Shown here piece by piece: positions 29,779 to 38,660 of a stretch of DNA of 64,000 nucleotides. A program made the position numbers and the translations under genes. Every line of letters starts with the position of its first letter. Positions within the stretch are counted from its first letter, which is position 1. Below the pieces are notes generated by a model. That model was not told where the DNA came from and did no database searches. It was given only the letters and a program-made list of their open reading frames with translations. The DNA is from Polyangiaceae bacterium (GTDB lineage Bacteria; Myxococcota_A; Polyangia; Polyangiales; Polyangiaceae): assembly GCA_033763455.1 (NCBI GenBank), contig JANRKO010000006.1, positions 608,001-672,000 of the forward strand, given 5' to 3'.

Positions 29779-31461
29779 TCAGTGAACGTCACCCACGAGC
29801 CAGGCAAAGCCAGGAACGAGCACTTCCTCGGGCGTAGCACCTCCGTGGCGCTCACGGGAGGTGCCACCGTCGAACGGGTCCAGATGAAAACCGTGATCAC
29901 CGAACACAAAGGCGAGCGTGCGCGGCGGAAGCTTGCCAAGGAAATGGGCTAACGCCTCGCTGGTCTCATCGGCGATCTCAGCGAATCTCTCGCTCAAAGG
30001 GGCGCCCGGGGTCTCCAAGCGCGCCTGGATCACATCGAGCTTGTGAAGCTCCCGATGCCCAGTCTTCACGCGCCTGAGGGTGGTCGCGTTACGCCCATGT
30101 GCAACAACAACGCTGCTTTCGTCAGCGGTTTCGCGCGGGTCGAAGTCCTTGAGGCCAGTGGGCCCTCGGCCGAGGAGTTCCAGCTGAGTCGTCGTGTTCG
30201 AAGGAAGTGCCGACCACAGCAAGAGACGTTCAGCTAGGGCAGCGCGTCCGCCGAGCAGTTTCTGAAGGCGCTCCTCGACGCGCAGCCCGAGATCGAAACG
30301 CATAGCGTCGACCAAGATGAGCTGGACGGTGCGAGCCCCGTGCAAGCGAGCAATACGCGCAGCTATGTCCGGCACGTCCAACACCATCGTGGGGCGTTTG
30401 CCGCGATGCCGGAGCGCATCGAATGCGTCGGTGTAACTGCGTTCGAAACTCTTGCTCCAGGCCTCAGCTACTGAGCGAGCGCGCGGATCGTCGAGCCCTG
30501 AGACAATCTCGTCGCTCAGCGGCACGTAGCTCGAAACAAACAGACGCTCGATGACACTCAACGGCTTGGGACCACGGGCCATATCCAGCTCGGTAACCCA
30601 CTCGGGCCAGCGAGGATTGTGAGCGTGAACTTTTGGGGCGGGAGCCGCCACGTCGCGTTCACCCAAGGCATCAGGTGCCTCAAGGGCCTCACTTGTCGAA
30701 GCTGCTTCGAACGTAGCTTGAGCTTCCTCAGCTTTCGGGTGGGAAAGGCCTGCATCAGCTTCAAGTACTGCGTCAGCTTCAAGCACTGCATCAGCTTCGG
30801 CTGGTGCGCCGACAGCGATGGCTTCGAATACAGCTTCAGCCGCCAATGCGTTCGGCTCATCGGAGCTCGCCCCTTCCGTGCCGCCGCAAGCAAGCGACAG
30901 CTCCATGGCGGAGACGCTATCGGCAACGGAGGGCGCGACCTGGGGGCTTGCCTCCGCGCTCCCACCTATGCATTGGTCGTTCAGAAGGTCAGCCAGTCGA
31001 CAGGGAGACCTATAAGCACCGAGGCCCTGATTTGTGGCGTTAATCAGGACTTGCACAGGGCGCTCCGTTACCGCCGTGGCCCACCAGCTCAGTACTCGAC
31101 TATCATCGGCGTCCAGCACGCCAGCCGAATTGGTGATCCCTTGGAGGCCGGGGATGCTGAGCACGAGACCGCGGCGACCCACGAGGCGGGCTCTGTAGAG
31201 TTGGTCGCTGAGCGACGCGTCCAGATTTGTGCTGGCTCCGATCCCGGGTGGCGCGGCGCCCAGGCGTTCTAGCGTGTTGTCAATGTTTTCTTCGAGCCAA
31301 AGCCCAAGGTTTCCGCGCACAGCCGGGCCCGGGGCCACGGCGCGAACGGGCACGAGTTCTTCTAACTCGGCGAACTGGAGCAACTGTTCGCTCTCAGAGT
31401 TGTTGGCAAACCGGACGCTTCCAAGCGCGACACACACTTCCTCGGCGACTGCAACGCTCAT
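29779..31461 (-). CDS. protein with C-terminal PglZ-like (alkaline phosphatase superfamily) domain
   Basis: LILVDAMRFD, ALPSNT, VFGDHGF, HGGATPEEVLVP in PglZ order; unknown N-terminal domain and acidic Ala-rich linker; start uncertain (31461 or 31509). Confidence 0.75.
   Translation of the reverse strand: MSVAVAEEVCVALGSVRFANNSESEQLLQFAELEELVPVRAVAPGPAVRGNLGLWLEENIDNTLERLGAAPPGIGASTNLDASLSDQLYRARLVGRRGLVLSIPGLQGITNSAGVLDADDSRVLSWWATAVTERPVQVLINATNQGLGAYRSPCRLADLLNDQCIGGSAEASPQVAPSVADSVSAMELSLACGGTEGASSDEPNALAAEAVFEAIAVGAPAEADAVLEADAVLEADAGLSHPKAEEAQATFEAASTSEALEAPDALGERDVAAPAPKVHAHNPRWPEWVTELDMARGPKPLSVIERLFVSSYVPLSDEIVSGLDDPRARSVAEAWSKSFERSYTDAFDALRHRGKRPTMVLDVPDIAARIARLHGARTVQLILVDAMRFDLGLRVEERLQKLLGGRAALAERLLLWSALPSNTTTQLELLGRGPTGLKDFDPRETADESSVVVAHGRNATTLRRVKTGHRELHKLDVIQARLETPGAPLSERFAEIADETSEALAHFLGKLPPRTLAFVFGDHGFHLDPFDGGTSRERHGGATPEEVLVPGFAWLVGDVH
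30750..30798. repeat. 18-bp tandem repeat (~2.7 copies), encodes EADAVL
   Basis: ctgcatcagcttcaagta / ctgcgtcagcttcaagca / ctgcatcagcttc inside the linker of the PglZ-like gene. Confidence 0.8.
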
Positions 31462-31646
31462 ACTGCACCCTTGTCCTATTTCGGACGGAACGGCCCAGTT
31501 TTCCGACAAAGTACCGAAGAGGCTCGGCTAAGTTTCGCTGAAACGTCCCAATAACACTCGAGCAGGCGACACCTTACCGACATCAGAGCCGAACACGCAC
31601 CAATGGTGAGCGTCGCAATAAACTTGCCCTCACCAAGGGCCCGCCA

Positions 31647-31675
31647 TTGACGCGTCGTGGGTTCCCAAATACATT
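31647..31675 (+). promoter_or_regulatory. sigma70-type promoter of the ncRNA
   Basis: TTGACG-N17-TACATT; predicted start about 31682. Confidence 0.8.
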
Positions 31676-31682
31676 TGCAGAA

Positions 31683-31878
31683 GGTTCCCTCTGCTGAGTT
31701 CGAGAGACGCGTAAACGAATCCCTTACCAGATTCCGAAAGGGAGACGAGACGAAGGTGAAGCGCTAGGCCCGGAACTTTCTCACCGGGAAGCCAGAAGCC
31801 CTCAACGAGTCACCCACCTAGTATTATCTAGGGGTTCGGTATCGCTCATTGTGCTCGCGGCTTGAGTGGTCAGGAATC
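31683..31878 (+). ncRNA. ssrS: 6S RNA
   Basis: ~196 nt with no credible ORF; ends pair (GGTTCC/GGAATC); GAATCCCT 31717-24 pairs with AGGGGTTC 31830-37; central bubble with CCCACCT hairpin; GGGAAGCC terminal-stem motif; own promoter and terminator. Confidence 0.8.
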
Positions 31879-31883
31879 TACTT

Positions 31884-31912
31884 GAACGGGCCCTTCGGGC
31901 CCGTTCGCTTTT
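31884..31912 (+). terminator. intrinsic terminator
   Basis: GAACGGGCCC-TTC-GGGCCCGTTC 10-bp stem followed by GCTTTT. Confidence 0.8.
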
Positions 31913-32007
31913 GGGCCTACCGATCGATCGTGTAGCCAGTTCGGCCGAGTGGCTGGGAGGTCGGGGCGGCTACCATCGGGTCTTTAACTGAGGCACGCGG
32001 TGGACTA

Positions 32008-32793
32008 GTGTTTGACGCAATGCCACAGTTTCGCTCCAAAGGGTTGGGCCAGGTATCTATCGACGGTGAGCCGTTGCCTAGGCGAGGGTTCGTCGGACTG
32101 CTTGCGGCTTCGGGGGTTGCCCTTTGGGCACCGGGCGCCCAAGCGGCGGTTCGCGTGAAGGGGCTACTGCAGGGGGGCGAGTTGCTTCTGAATCCAGTCT
32201 GGGAGGAAAGCCGCGACGCAGCTAACCATGGGTTCTCGTTTCGCGAACCGGTTCCAACGGTGCACGGGCGCTTTCGCAAGCTCTTCCCATACCTCCCACG
32301 GGAAGTATGCGTCGCCCTCCTCGCTGAAGGAAAACAGGCCCCGATGCGTGCGATGGGAATTATCGTTGGCGGTGGCCGCACCGCCCCCGTAACCGTGGTG
32401 GTGACTCCGGGAACGCGCCTTGATTTTCAAAACAAGGATCCGTTTGCTCACCGGCTCTACGGAATCAACGTGCCTAACTTCTCGCTATCAGATACCGCCA
32501 AAGGTTCTGTGCGGCAGTGGTCAGTGCCTGGGCCGGGTACCTTTGAAATCCGCGACCAGTTAGCGCCGAGCCTACGAGCGTGGGTGGTGGGTGAACCCAA
32601 CGTTGTTTCCCTCGTGTATCCAACCACGAAAGGCGAGTTTGCTCTTAGCGTGCCGGAGCCGGGTAACTACACCGTTCAGGCTTATTTTTGTGGAAAGAAG
32701 ATCGGTGAAGGTCGGCCCGTAACGGTCCAAGCGCGTGACGTGGATCTGTCCAGAGCTCCAATCAGTTTGGTCCCCAGTTCCCCCACTCCTTAA
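32008..32793 (+). CDS. exported cupredoxin-like / carboxypeptidase-regulatory-like protein
   Basis: PRRGFVGLL...AQA twin-Arg-like signal; VTPGTRLDFQNKDPFAHRLY and GEFALSVPEPGNYTVQAY segments; start uncertain. Confidence 0.65.
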   Translation: MFDAMPQFRSKGLGQVSIDGEPLPRRGFVGLLAASGVALWAPGAQAAVRVKGLLQGGELLLNPVWEESRDAANHGFSFREPVPTVHGRFRKLFPYLPREVCVALLAEGKQAPMRAMGIIVGGGRTAPVTVVVTPGTRLDFQNKDPFAHRLYGINVPNFSLSDTAKGSVRQWSVPGPGTFEIRDQLAPSLRAWVVGEPNVVSLVYPTTKGEFALSVPEPGNYTVQAYFCGKKIGEGRPVTVQARDVDLSRAPISLVPSSPTP

Positions 32794-32819
32794 GTTTTTC
32801 CCTGAGTTACTGAGTTAAC

Positions 32820-34478
32820 ATGTTGCTTTCTCGCTTTTGGTATGGGGTCTTGGCGCTTGCGCTCGGCGCGCTCGTGTTTCTCTTGTCGCTGGCTACCAGT
32901 GTGTACAATCGCGCTGAAGCCCGCGCAGTTGGGCAAGGGCTTTCTTCGGACAGTCAGGTGGTGGATTGGTATTTGCGGGCGGATGCTCGCATCCGCTCCG
33001 AACAGCTGATCCCGTTCGCTCTCAGTCCCTCGTTGCGCAAGGCTCTTCAAGCCTCAAGCCAGGATGAAAGCGGCGTTCCGCCAGAGGCACGCGAGGTTGC
33101 TGAGAAGGCCCTGAAGAAGGTGATGGAGTCGGCGACAGTTATAGAGGGCGGCCGGGCCAAGCCCGCCTTTGATGCGGTGTTCGCCGTTGACCAGCATGGG
33201 CGTGTGGTCGCGCAGCTGGGTTACGATCAAGGTGGGAAGGATTTCGAGTTGGGCGGTTACCCCATTGTGGCCGACGCACTCCACGGTTTTCTGCGCGACG
33301 ATACTCTGGTGCTTGACTACATTTACCGTGTTGTGGGGCGCCCCGTTGAGTACGACATGGGGCAGCTGCCAGCAGGCGCGGTGATTGGCGCTCGTATCGT
33401 CAACGATGCGTTCGCGCGCGAGCTGGCACAGCGCACAGGTGCCGCCGTAGCCTTCTATGTGAATGGCACGGTGAGTGCGCGCGCGAGCTACGACGTGGAA
33501 TCGGTGGACATGGCCGATCTCGATCAGCTCTTACCCGAACTTTCCAAGGTGGCTTCGGACAAGGACTACATGGAGAAGGGGCGCAGCCAGATCCGCACTG
33601 TTAACGGCCGGCTCCGCGCACAGTTTTCTCGAATGCCCGGGGAAGCCTGGAAGTTGGGCACGGGCTACGCGGTTGCGCGCAAGGCGAACTCGGTTGCGGG
33701 GATCTTCGGCTTCTTCAAGATGGCGGACGACAAGGATAAAGCACAGGCCAACGTTGCGGTGGTCGGGCTTATTGCGGTGGCTGCCGCTATCGTGGGGTTG
33801 CTTTTCAGCTTCCTTGAGCACACTCGGCCGCTGCAGGTTTTCCGAGCTGAAGCGAGCCGCTTGGCCAAGGGGCATAGCGATCAGCTCCAACCTAGTCGGT
33901 TCCGTGGGGCTTACCGCAAGATCGCCTCGGATCTTAATGATGGTATGGAGCTCATCGCAGCCAAGGGTGGTGCGCCACGCCGCGCTGCGGATCTTAGCCA
34001 AGTTTTAGGTGGCATACCTGATCAGCCTCAGATGAGCGCTTTCAGTTTGCCCGGTGACGGCGTGCCCACCTCGAGTCCAATCGCCGCTTCTGGCGAAGCC
34101 TCTAGGAACTTTCCAAAGGCTGCTGCCGCGGGGGCTCCCGGTAATCCACCAAAGCCGCCAGCCAAACGCTTGCCTCGGGCGCCCGGCGCGGCTCCGCAAA
34201 CTTCTGTAGCCGAGGAGGCCGGTCCGTCGGAGGCTGAGCTCGCGCCGACACCTGGGGCGGATCAGCAGGCGGAGTGGCGGGAAGTGTACAATGCTTTTGT
34301 GGCGACCAAGCAGCAGTGTGGCGAATCCGTAGATGGCTTCACCTTCGAGAAATTTCAGGAAACGCTGCGCAAAAATCGCGATGCTCTCATTGCGCGCCAT
34401 GGGGCGAGTCACGTGAAGTTCAGTGTTTACGTGAAGGATGGGCGTGCTGCCCTTAAAGCCAACCCGATTCGTGGCTAG
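32820..34478 (+). CDS. MXAN_5187-family membrane protein
   Basis: Two TM helices around a Cache-like extracytoplasmic region; Pro/Ala linker; C-terminal W..VY..FV..K..CGE....TFEKF...V.F.VYVKDGRAALKA domain. Confidence 0.8.
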   Translation: MLLSRFWYGVLALALGALVFLLSLATSVYNRAEARAVGQGLSSDSQVVDWYLRADARIRSEQLIPFALSPSLRKALQASSQDESGVPPEAREVAEKALKKVMESATVIEGGRAKPAFDAVFAVDQHGRVVAQLGYDQGGKDFELGGYPIVADALHGFLRDDTLVLDYIYRVVGRPVEYDMGQLPAGAVIGARIVNDAFARELAQRTGAAVAFYVNGTVSARASYDVESVDMADLDQLLPELSKVASDKDYMEKGRSQIRTVNGRLRAQFSRMPGEAWKLGTGYAVARKANSVAGIFGFFKMADDKDKAQANVAVVGLIAVAAAIVGLLFSFLEHTRPLQVFRAEASRLAKGHSDQLQPSRFRGAYRKIASDLNDGMELIAAKGGAPRRAADLSQVLGGIPDQPQMSAFSLPGDGVPTSSPIAASGEASRNFPKAAAAGAPGNPPKPPAKRLPRAPGAAPQTSVAEEAGPSEAELAPTPGADQQAEWREVYNAFVATKQQCGESVDGFTFEKFQETLRKNRDALIARHGASHVKFSVYVKDGRAALKANPIRG

Positions 34479-34588
34479 GCCGCCCGGATAGGCCCTTAAA
34501 TTCAGTCTTGAACGGCGGCGCCGGCCAATCTTAGCGTCAAGTCTCGACAGCCCGCGGGGGCCGCCCTAGACCGGCTTTGGAACCACTT

Positions 34589-35557
34589 ATGAGCGAAGCT
34601 AGACTCCACAACGTGATCATTATCGGTTCGGGGCCTGCGGGCCTTACTGCTGCCATTTACGCCGCTCGAGCCAACCTAAAGCCCCTCTGTGTCGAAGGCT
34701 TCAATGCAGGCGGCCTTATCCCCGGCGGGCAACTCATGTTTACCACTGAGGTGGAGAACTACCCGGGTTTTCCTAAGGGCATAGATGGCCAAGAGATGAT
34801 GGGAAAGTTCCGCGAGCAGGCCGTGAATCAGGGAGCGGAGCTCATCACGGCGGACGTTCAGAAGGTGGATTTCTCGTCGAGGCCTTTCAAAGTATGGGTG
34901 GGGGAGGGCGAGGATATTCTTCACCTGGCCAAGAGCGTGATCATCTCCACGGGCGCACGCGCCAACTACTTGGGGCTGGAAAGTGAGCACAAGCTAAAGA
35001 ACAAGGGCGTGAGTGCCTGCGCTGTGTGTGATGGCGCCCTTTTTCGCAAAGAAAATGTAGCCGTGGTCGGCGGAGGGGATACGGCGATCGAAGAGGCCAC
35101 CTACCTAGCCAGCGTCTGCCAGGGCGTCACCCTCATTCATCGTCGCGATGAATTTCGAGCGAGCAAAGCCATGCAAGATCGGGTGAAATCAAACCCGAAA
35201 ATCAAGCTTTTGATGAGTCACGCCGTCGAAGAGGTGCTCGGCGTGGAACAAGATCACGTTACTGGTTTGCGCGTTAAGGACCTGAAGACAGGATCTACTC
35301 GCGTATTGGAAGTGGGCGCGATGTTCGTAGCCATCGGGCACACTCCGATGACCGACCTGTTCCGAGGTCAGTTGGACGTTCATGAGAACGGCTATCTGAA
35401 GGTGCAGCCGGGCAGTACCAGAACGAATGTTGAAGGCGTGTTCGCGGCCGGCGATGTAGCGGATTTCGTGTATCGCCAGGCGGTCACCGCGGCAGGCACG
35501 GGGTGCATGGCGGCCCTTGATGCCGAACGTTGGTTGGCCGCTCAAGAAGCGCACTAG
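34589..35557 (+). CDS. trxB: thioredoxin reductase
   Basis: GSGPAG, GGQL, ENYPGF, CAVCDG, GGGDTA, HRRD, FAAGD, QAVTAAG. Confidence 0.97.
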   Translation: MSEARLHNVIIIGSGPAGLTAAIYAARANLKPLCVEGFNAGGLIPGGQLMFTTEVENYPGFPKGIDGQEMMGKFREQAVNQGAELITADVQKVDFSSRPFKVWVGEGEDILHLAKSVIISTGARANYLGLESEHKLKNKGVSACAVCDGALFRKENVAVVGGGDTAIEEATYLASVCQGVTLIHRRDEFRASKAMQDRVKSNPKIKLLMSHAVEEVLGVEQDHVTGLRVKDLKTGSTRVLEVGAMFVAIGHTPMTDLFRGQLDVHENGYLKVQPGSTRTNVEGVFAAGDVADFVYRQAVTAAGTGCMAALDAERWLAAQEAH

Positions 35558-35559
35558 AC

Positions 35560-36465
35560 ATGTCGACCGCCACCCACGTGTACGGGAGCCCAGCGTCGGA
35601 CACGCGACGGGGCGAAGATCCGGACGTTGGGGAGCTCACGGAGCTAACACGTTCCCTACTCGCTCACGTTGAATGGCAGCGAGCGACGGGGGCTACGGGG
35701 TTGCCTCGGGCATCGGCCCAGCTTTCTAATTCTCGGCTACCCGCAGAAATAGGCGAGGTGCCTCCTACGGCACGCGGCGCTGTGCCGGCCCCGTCCGAAA
35801 GCTTGGGCCCAGCACGCTTGCCCGTTGCGCCCGCACCGGAGTCGCGTGCAGGGCTGGGGGGAGCCTTGGCGGATCAGTCAGCTCGAAGTGCCCGGCTTTT
35901 GGTTTTGGCGCAGGAGGTCTCCGGCTGTGCACGGTGCGGGCTGCACGAGGGGCGCACTCAGACTGTCTTTTCGCGTGGAACGGGCAGCTCGGGCGTGTGC
36001 TTTGTGGGTGAAGGCCCAGGGGCGGACGAAGATGCTCAAGGCTTCCCCTTTGTTGGAGCTGCCGGCCAACTTCTGGATCGCATGATAGGTGCGATGGGGC
36101 TTGGTCGGGAGGACGTGTACGTGTGCAATATTGTGAAGTGTCGCCCGCCCAACAATCGCAAGCCTTCGCCAGATGAAATGCGCGCTTGTTCTCCCTATCT
36201 GACGGAACAATTGGATCTGATTGCGCCCAAGGTGATTGTGGCTTTGGGTGCCACGGCTGTAGAAGGCCTGCTCGGGGCAAGCGGCGGTATCACTCGAATC
36301 CGCGGAACGTTTCGGCTCTACAAAGGTCGGATCCCGGTGATGCCGACCTTTCACCCCGCATACCTATTGAGAACGCCGGAAGCGAAACGCGAAGTCTGGA
36401 GTGATCTCCAGGCGGTGATGAAGCACCTCGGGCTCGGCGCGGTGCCTGGCCCCAAAGGGGCCTGA
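35560..36465 (+). CDS. uracil-DNA glycosylase, family 4 (Fe-S)
   Basis: CARCGL, GEGPG.DED..G.PFVG.AGQLL, NIVKCRPP.NR, TFHPAYLLR. Confidence 0.93.
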   Translation: MSTATHVYGSPASDTRRGEDPDVGELTELTRSLLAHVEWQRATGATGLPRASAQLSNSRLPAEIGEVPPTARGAVPAPSESLGPARLPVAPAPESRAGLGGALADQSARSARLLVLAQEVSGCARCGLHEGRTQTVFSRGTGSSGVCFVGEGPGADEDAQGFPFVGAAGQLLDRMIGAMGLGREDVYVCNIVKCRPPNNRKPSPDEMRACSPYLTEQLDLIAPKVIVALGATAVEGLLGASGGITRIRGTFRLYKGRIPVMPTFHPAYLLRTPEAKREVWSDLQAVMKHLGLGAVPGPKGA

Positions 36466-36571
36466 CGTTCCGCGCCTCTTACCTTAGCGTGGCCGTTGCG
36501 TTTCTATTCTAGCCGTGCGAGTGGCATCCTAGCAGTGCTCGATTATCCAAACCAGGCGGCTACTCTATTCC

Positions 36572-38281
36572 TCACTTAGTCTGAAATCTTCCGCAGACAG
36601 CCTCTAGTCCAACAACCAAGCCCCCTTCTTCCCAAGTGTTGAGTCCAGTGACGTAACCTCCCAACGGGCACACCATCGTTTTGGGTGTGCCCCCTCCGCC
36701 ACCCGCAAAACCCGCGGGCACCGGTGTGGCGGTCGAACCTAAAGATCTGCACAGGGGGGAAACTGAGTCGATGAAGCTGCCGCCTGCGACGGTCATTCCG
36801 ACCACTAACTTGCCAGCCGGGCAACTGAGATTAAAGTGCGTACCACCTGCGCCTCCCACAAATGGGACGAGCGGGTATGGTGAGGTGAGTGGCCCCGTTA
36901 TGGTTTTTATCGACTGACAAGTTCCGCCGATGCGGTCAATATAAACACCAGCGCGGCCAATTACGGCATTCATCGCGCCACCCCAAGCACATCGAGAACG
37001 TCTCGAGATGCTGTTGAGCCCGAACTTGTTACCCCAAGTGGTAGTCGCCGTACCTCCATCGAACGAAGTTCGCGGGAAATCGCAGGTAAGGCGGATGTCC
37101 GAAGCACCGTAGCCGAATCCGCTTCCTCCGCCCGTGAGCCCGATGGTCCGCACCGCCATGCCCAAAGGGCACACCCTACTCACAGCGTTGTTCAAGTTGC
37201 CAACATTATTCCCTTGAACAGCCGAGAGTACCGTCTGGGAATTTGTGTTTGATATCGGAGCACATATGGCACTCAATTTCCCGAGGTAGAGGCTGCCCGA
37301 GACGCCAACGAGCACCTGTCCTGATGGGCAGGCTGATGTCGTTAGGCCCGCCGTCGCGTCGCCGATAACTTCGGATCCTGACCCACCACCCTCGCACACC
37401 ACACCGAGAGCCCCAACGTCGGACCATTCGGCGGTACGGGGCGTGGCAGCATGGCGGGTAAGGCCGATCTGGAGCCCGTTTACAAAGCTTGAAGTACAAC
37501 CAATCTCTCTCGCTGAGTACTTTGTTGGGTTCGTAACGCCTTGCGTCCACCCGTGCTCATTTAGCACTTCAAGCTCAATGGTGCTCTTCGACGTGAATCC
37601 GCGGGTGCGACTTTCAGCTGCGGGGATGTTGTTGGACGTTTCAATGCATCTACCGACCCGCACCGGTACGCTGGAGTCGAAGCCAGGTGTGAACGCATCG
37701 TCCTCGTGCGAGTAGCCTCGGTTGTGCATGATTTCGTGCGCCATTACAGCGGCGATTTGCGCGGTGGTCGTCGCCGGATTGTTGAGGAATTGTATACTCA
37801 GCGAAACATCGTCAGTGCCCGCGGGCGCCCAGCTGGCACATCCGCTAAAGTTGGTATTCGCATCGGGCCCGCAAGTCGACGAAAACACGTTGACGCACCG
37901 TATCGTTGTGGCGGTGTTGTTGTTGAGCGCGTAGAAAACGGCGTCTGAGTCCTTACCCATAAATGACTCGTTCAAGCAGGTCCGAAGCCGTGGAACTCCC
38001 GCTCCGTCTGTCTCCGATATGCGTGTCGTGAGGAAACTCCCCGCCAGCAGCAGCTTATCCTTTTGTGGTTGCGAGCATCCCACGAAGGCCACTAGATTGT
38101 TGTTGAACTCCTGAAATACGGCGGCCGGCTCCCCCGGATCATCCCATGACGCCGGGCTCCCTCCGCAGGATGCCAGGCATAGACTGACAAACAGACCTGG
38201 CATGTGCTTGAACCGACTCACGCCAGCTGCACCTTTCGTGCTGACGCGTTTTGCGTCCTGTTTTTTCCCGTACACTTTCAT
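36572..38281 (-). CDS. lipoprotein with metzincin zinc motif and C-terminal beta-prism-like repeats
   Basis: AGGAG RBS before ATG 38281; lipobox LASC; HEIMHNRGYSH = HExxHxxGxxH; about six C..G....G...C repeats. Confidence 0.75.
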   Translation of the reverse strand: MKVYGKKQDAKRVSTKGAAGVSRFKHMPGLFVSLCLASCGGSPASWDDPGEPAAVFQEFNNNLVAFVGCSQPQKDKLLLAGSFLTTRISETDGAGVPRLRTCLNESFMGKDSDAVFYALNNNTATTIRCVNVFSSTCGPDANTNFSGCASWAPAGTDDVSLSIQFLNNPATTTAQIAAVMAHEIMHNRGYSHEDDAFTPGFDSSVPVRVGRCIETSNNIPAAESRTRGFTSKSTIELEVLNEHGWTQGVTNPTKYSAREIGCTSSFVNGLQIGLTRHAATPRTAEWSDVGALGVVCEGGGSGSEVIGDATAGLTTSACPSGQVLVGVSGSLYLGKLSAICAPISNTNSQTVLSAVQGNNVGNLNNAVSRVCPLGMAVRTIGLTGGGSGFGYGASDIRLTCDFPRTSFDGGTATTTWGNKFGLNSISRRSRCAWGGAMNAVIGRAGVYIDRIGGTCQSIKTITGPLTSPYPLVPFVGGAGGTHFNLSCPAGKLVVGMTVAGGSFIDSVSPLCRSLGSTATPVPAGFAGGGGGTPKTMVCPLGGYVTGLNTWEEGGLVVGLEAVCGRFQTK

Positions 38282-38660
38282 GATAACTCCTATCTCGAAT
38301 GCGAAATGTCTGAGTGAACCGCGGAAGTGCGGCTCAAGTGAGAAGAGGGGCATCCCACGACATGCTGGTAACCTGCAACCCTTGGTCGTCGCGTGGCAAA
38401 CCCTGAAGTACGCGCACGGCACTCGCTGCTGCTTACGGCGGCTAGAAATCGGCGTAAGGGGGATAGCTAGGGCGCTGGCCGGCCGGTAGGTGGCCGCCAT
38501 TCGCGGCCTCGAGGAATTTTTTTCGGGGCTCACGAGGTGCCGTCCAAGCGGTCGCCTCCGGCGGCCAACTAATACCAGAGGCCTTTCATGCTGAAACCAC
38601 TCCCGCTTTGATGCGGAGGTTCCATACAAGTGCGCATCCCTTCCCAAAACGAGGTACGGC

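Noticed and set aside
29779..31509. Complete BREX defence system
   Set aside because: Only a PglZ-like domain; no ATPase, methyltransferase or other brx genes in the window
38282..38647. N-terminal extension of the metzincin-motif ORF
   Set aside because: Non-protein-like sequence; clear AGGAG RBS precedes ATG 38281
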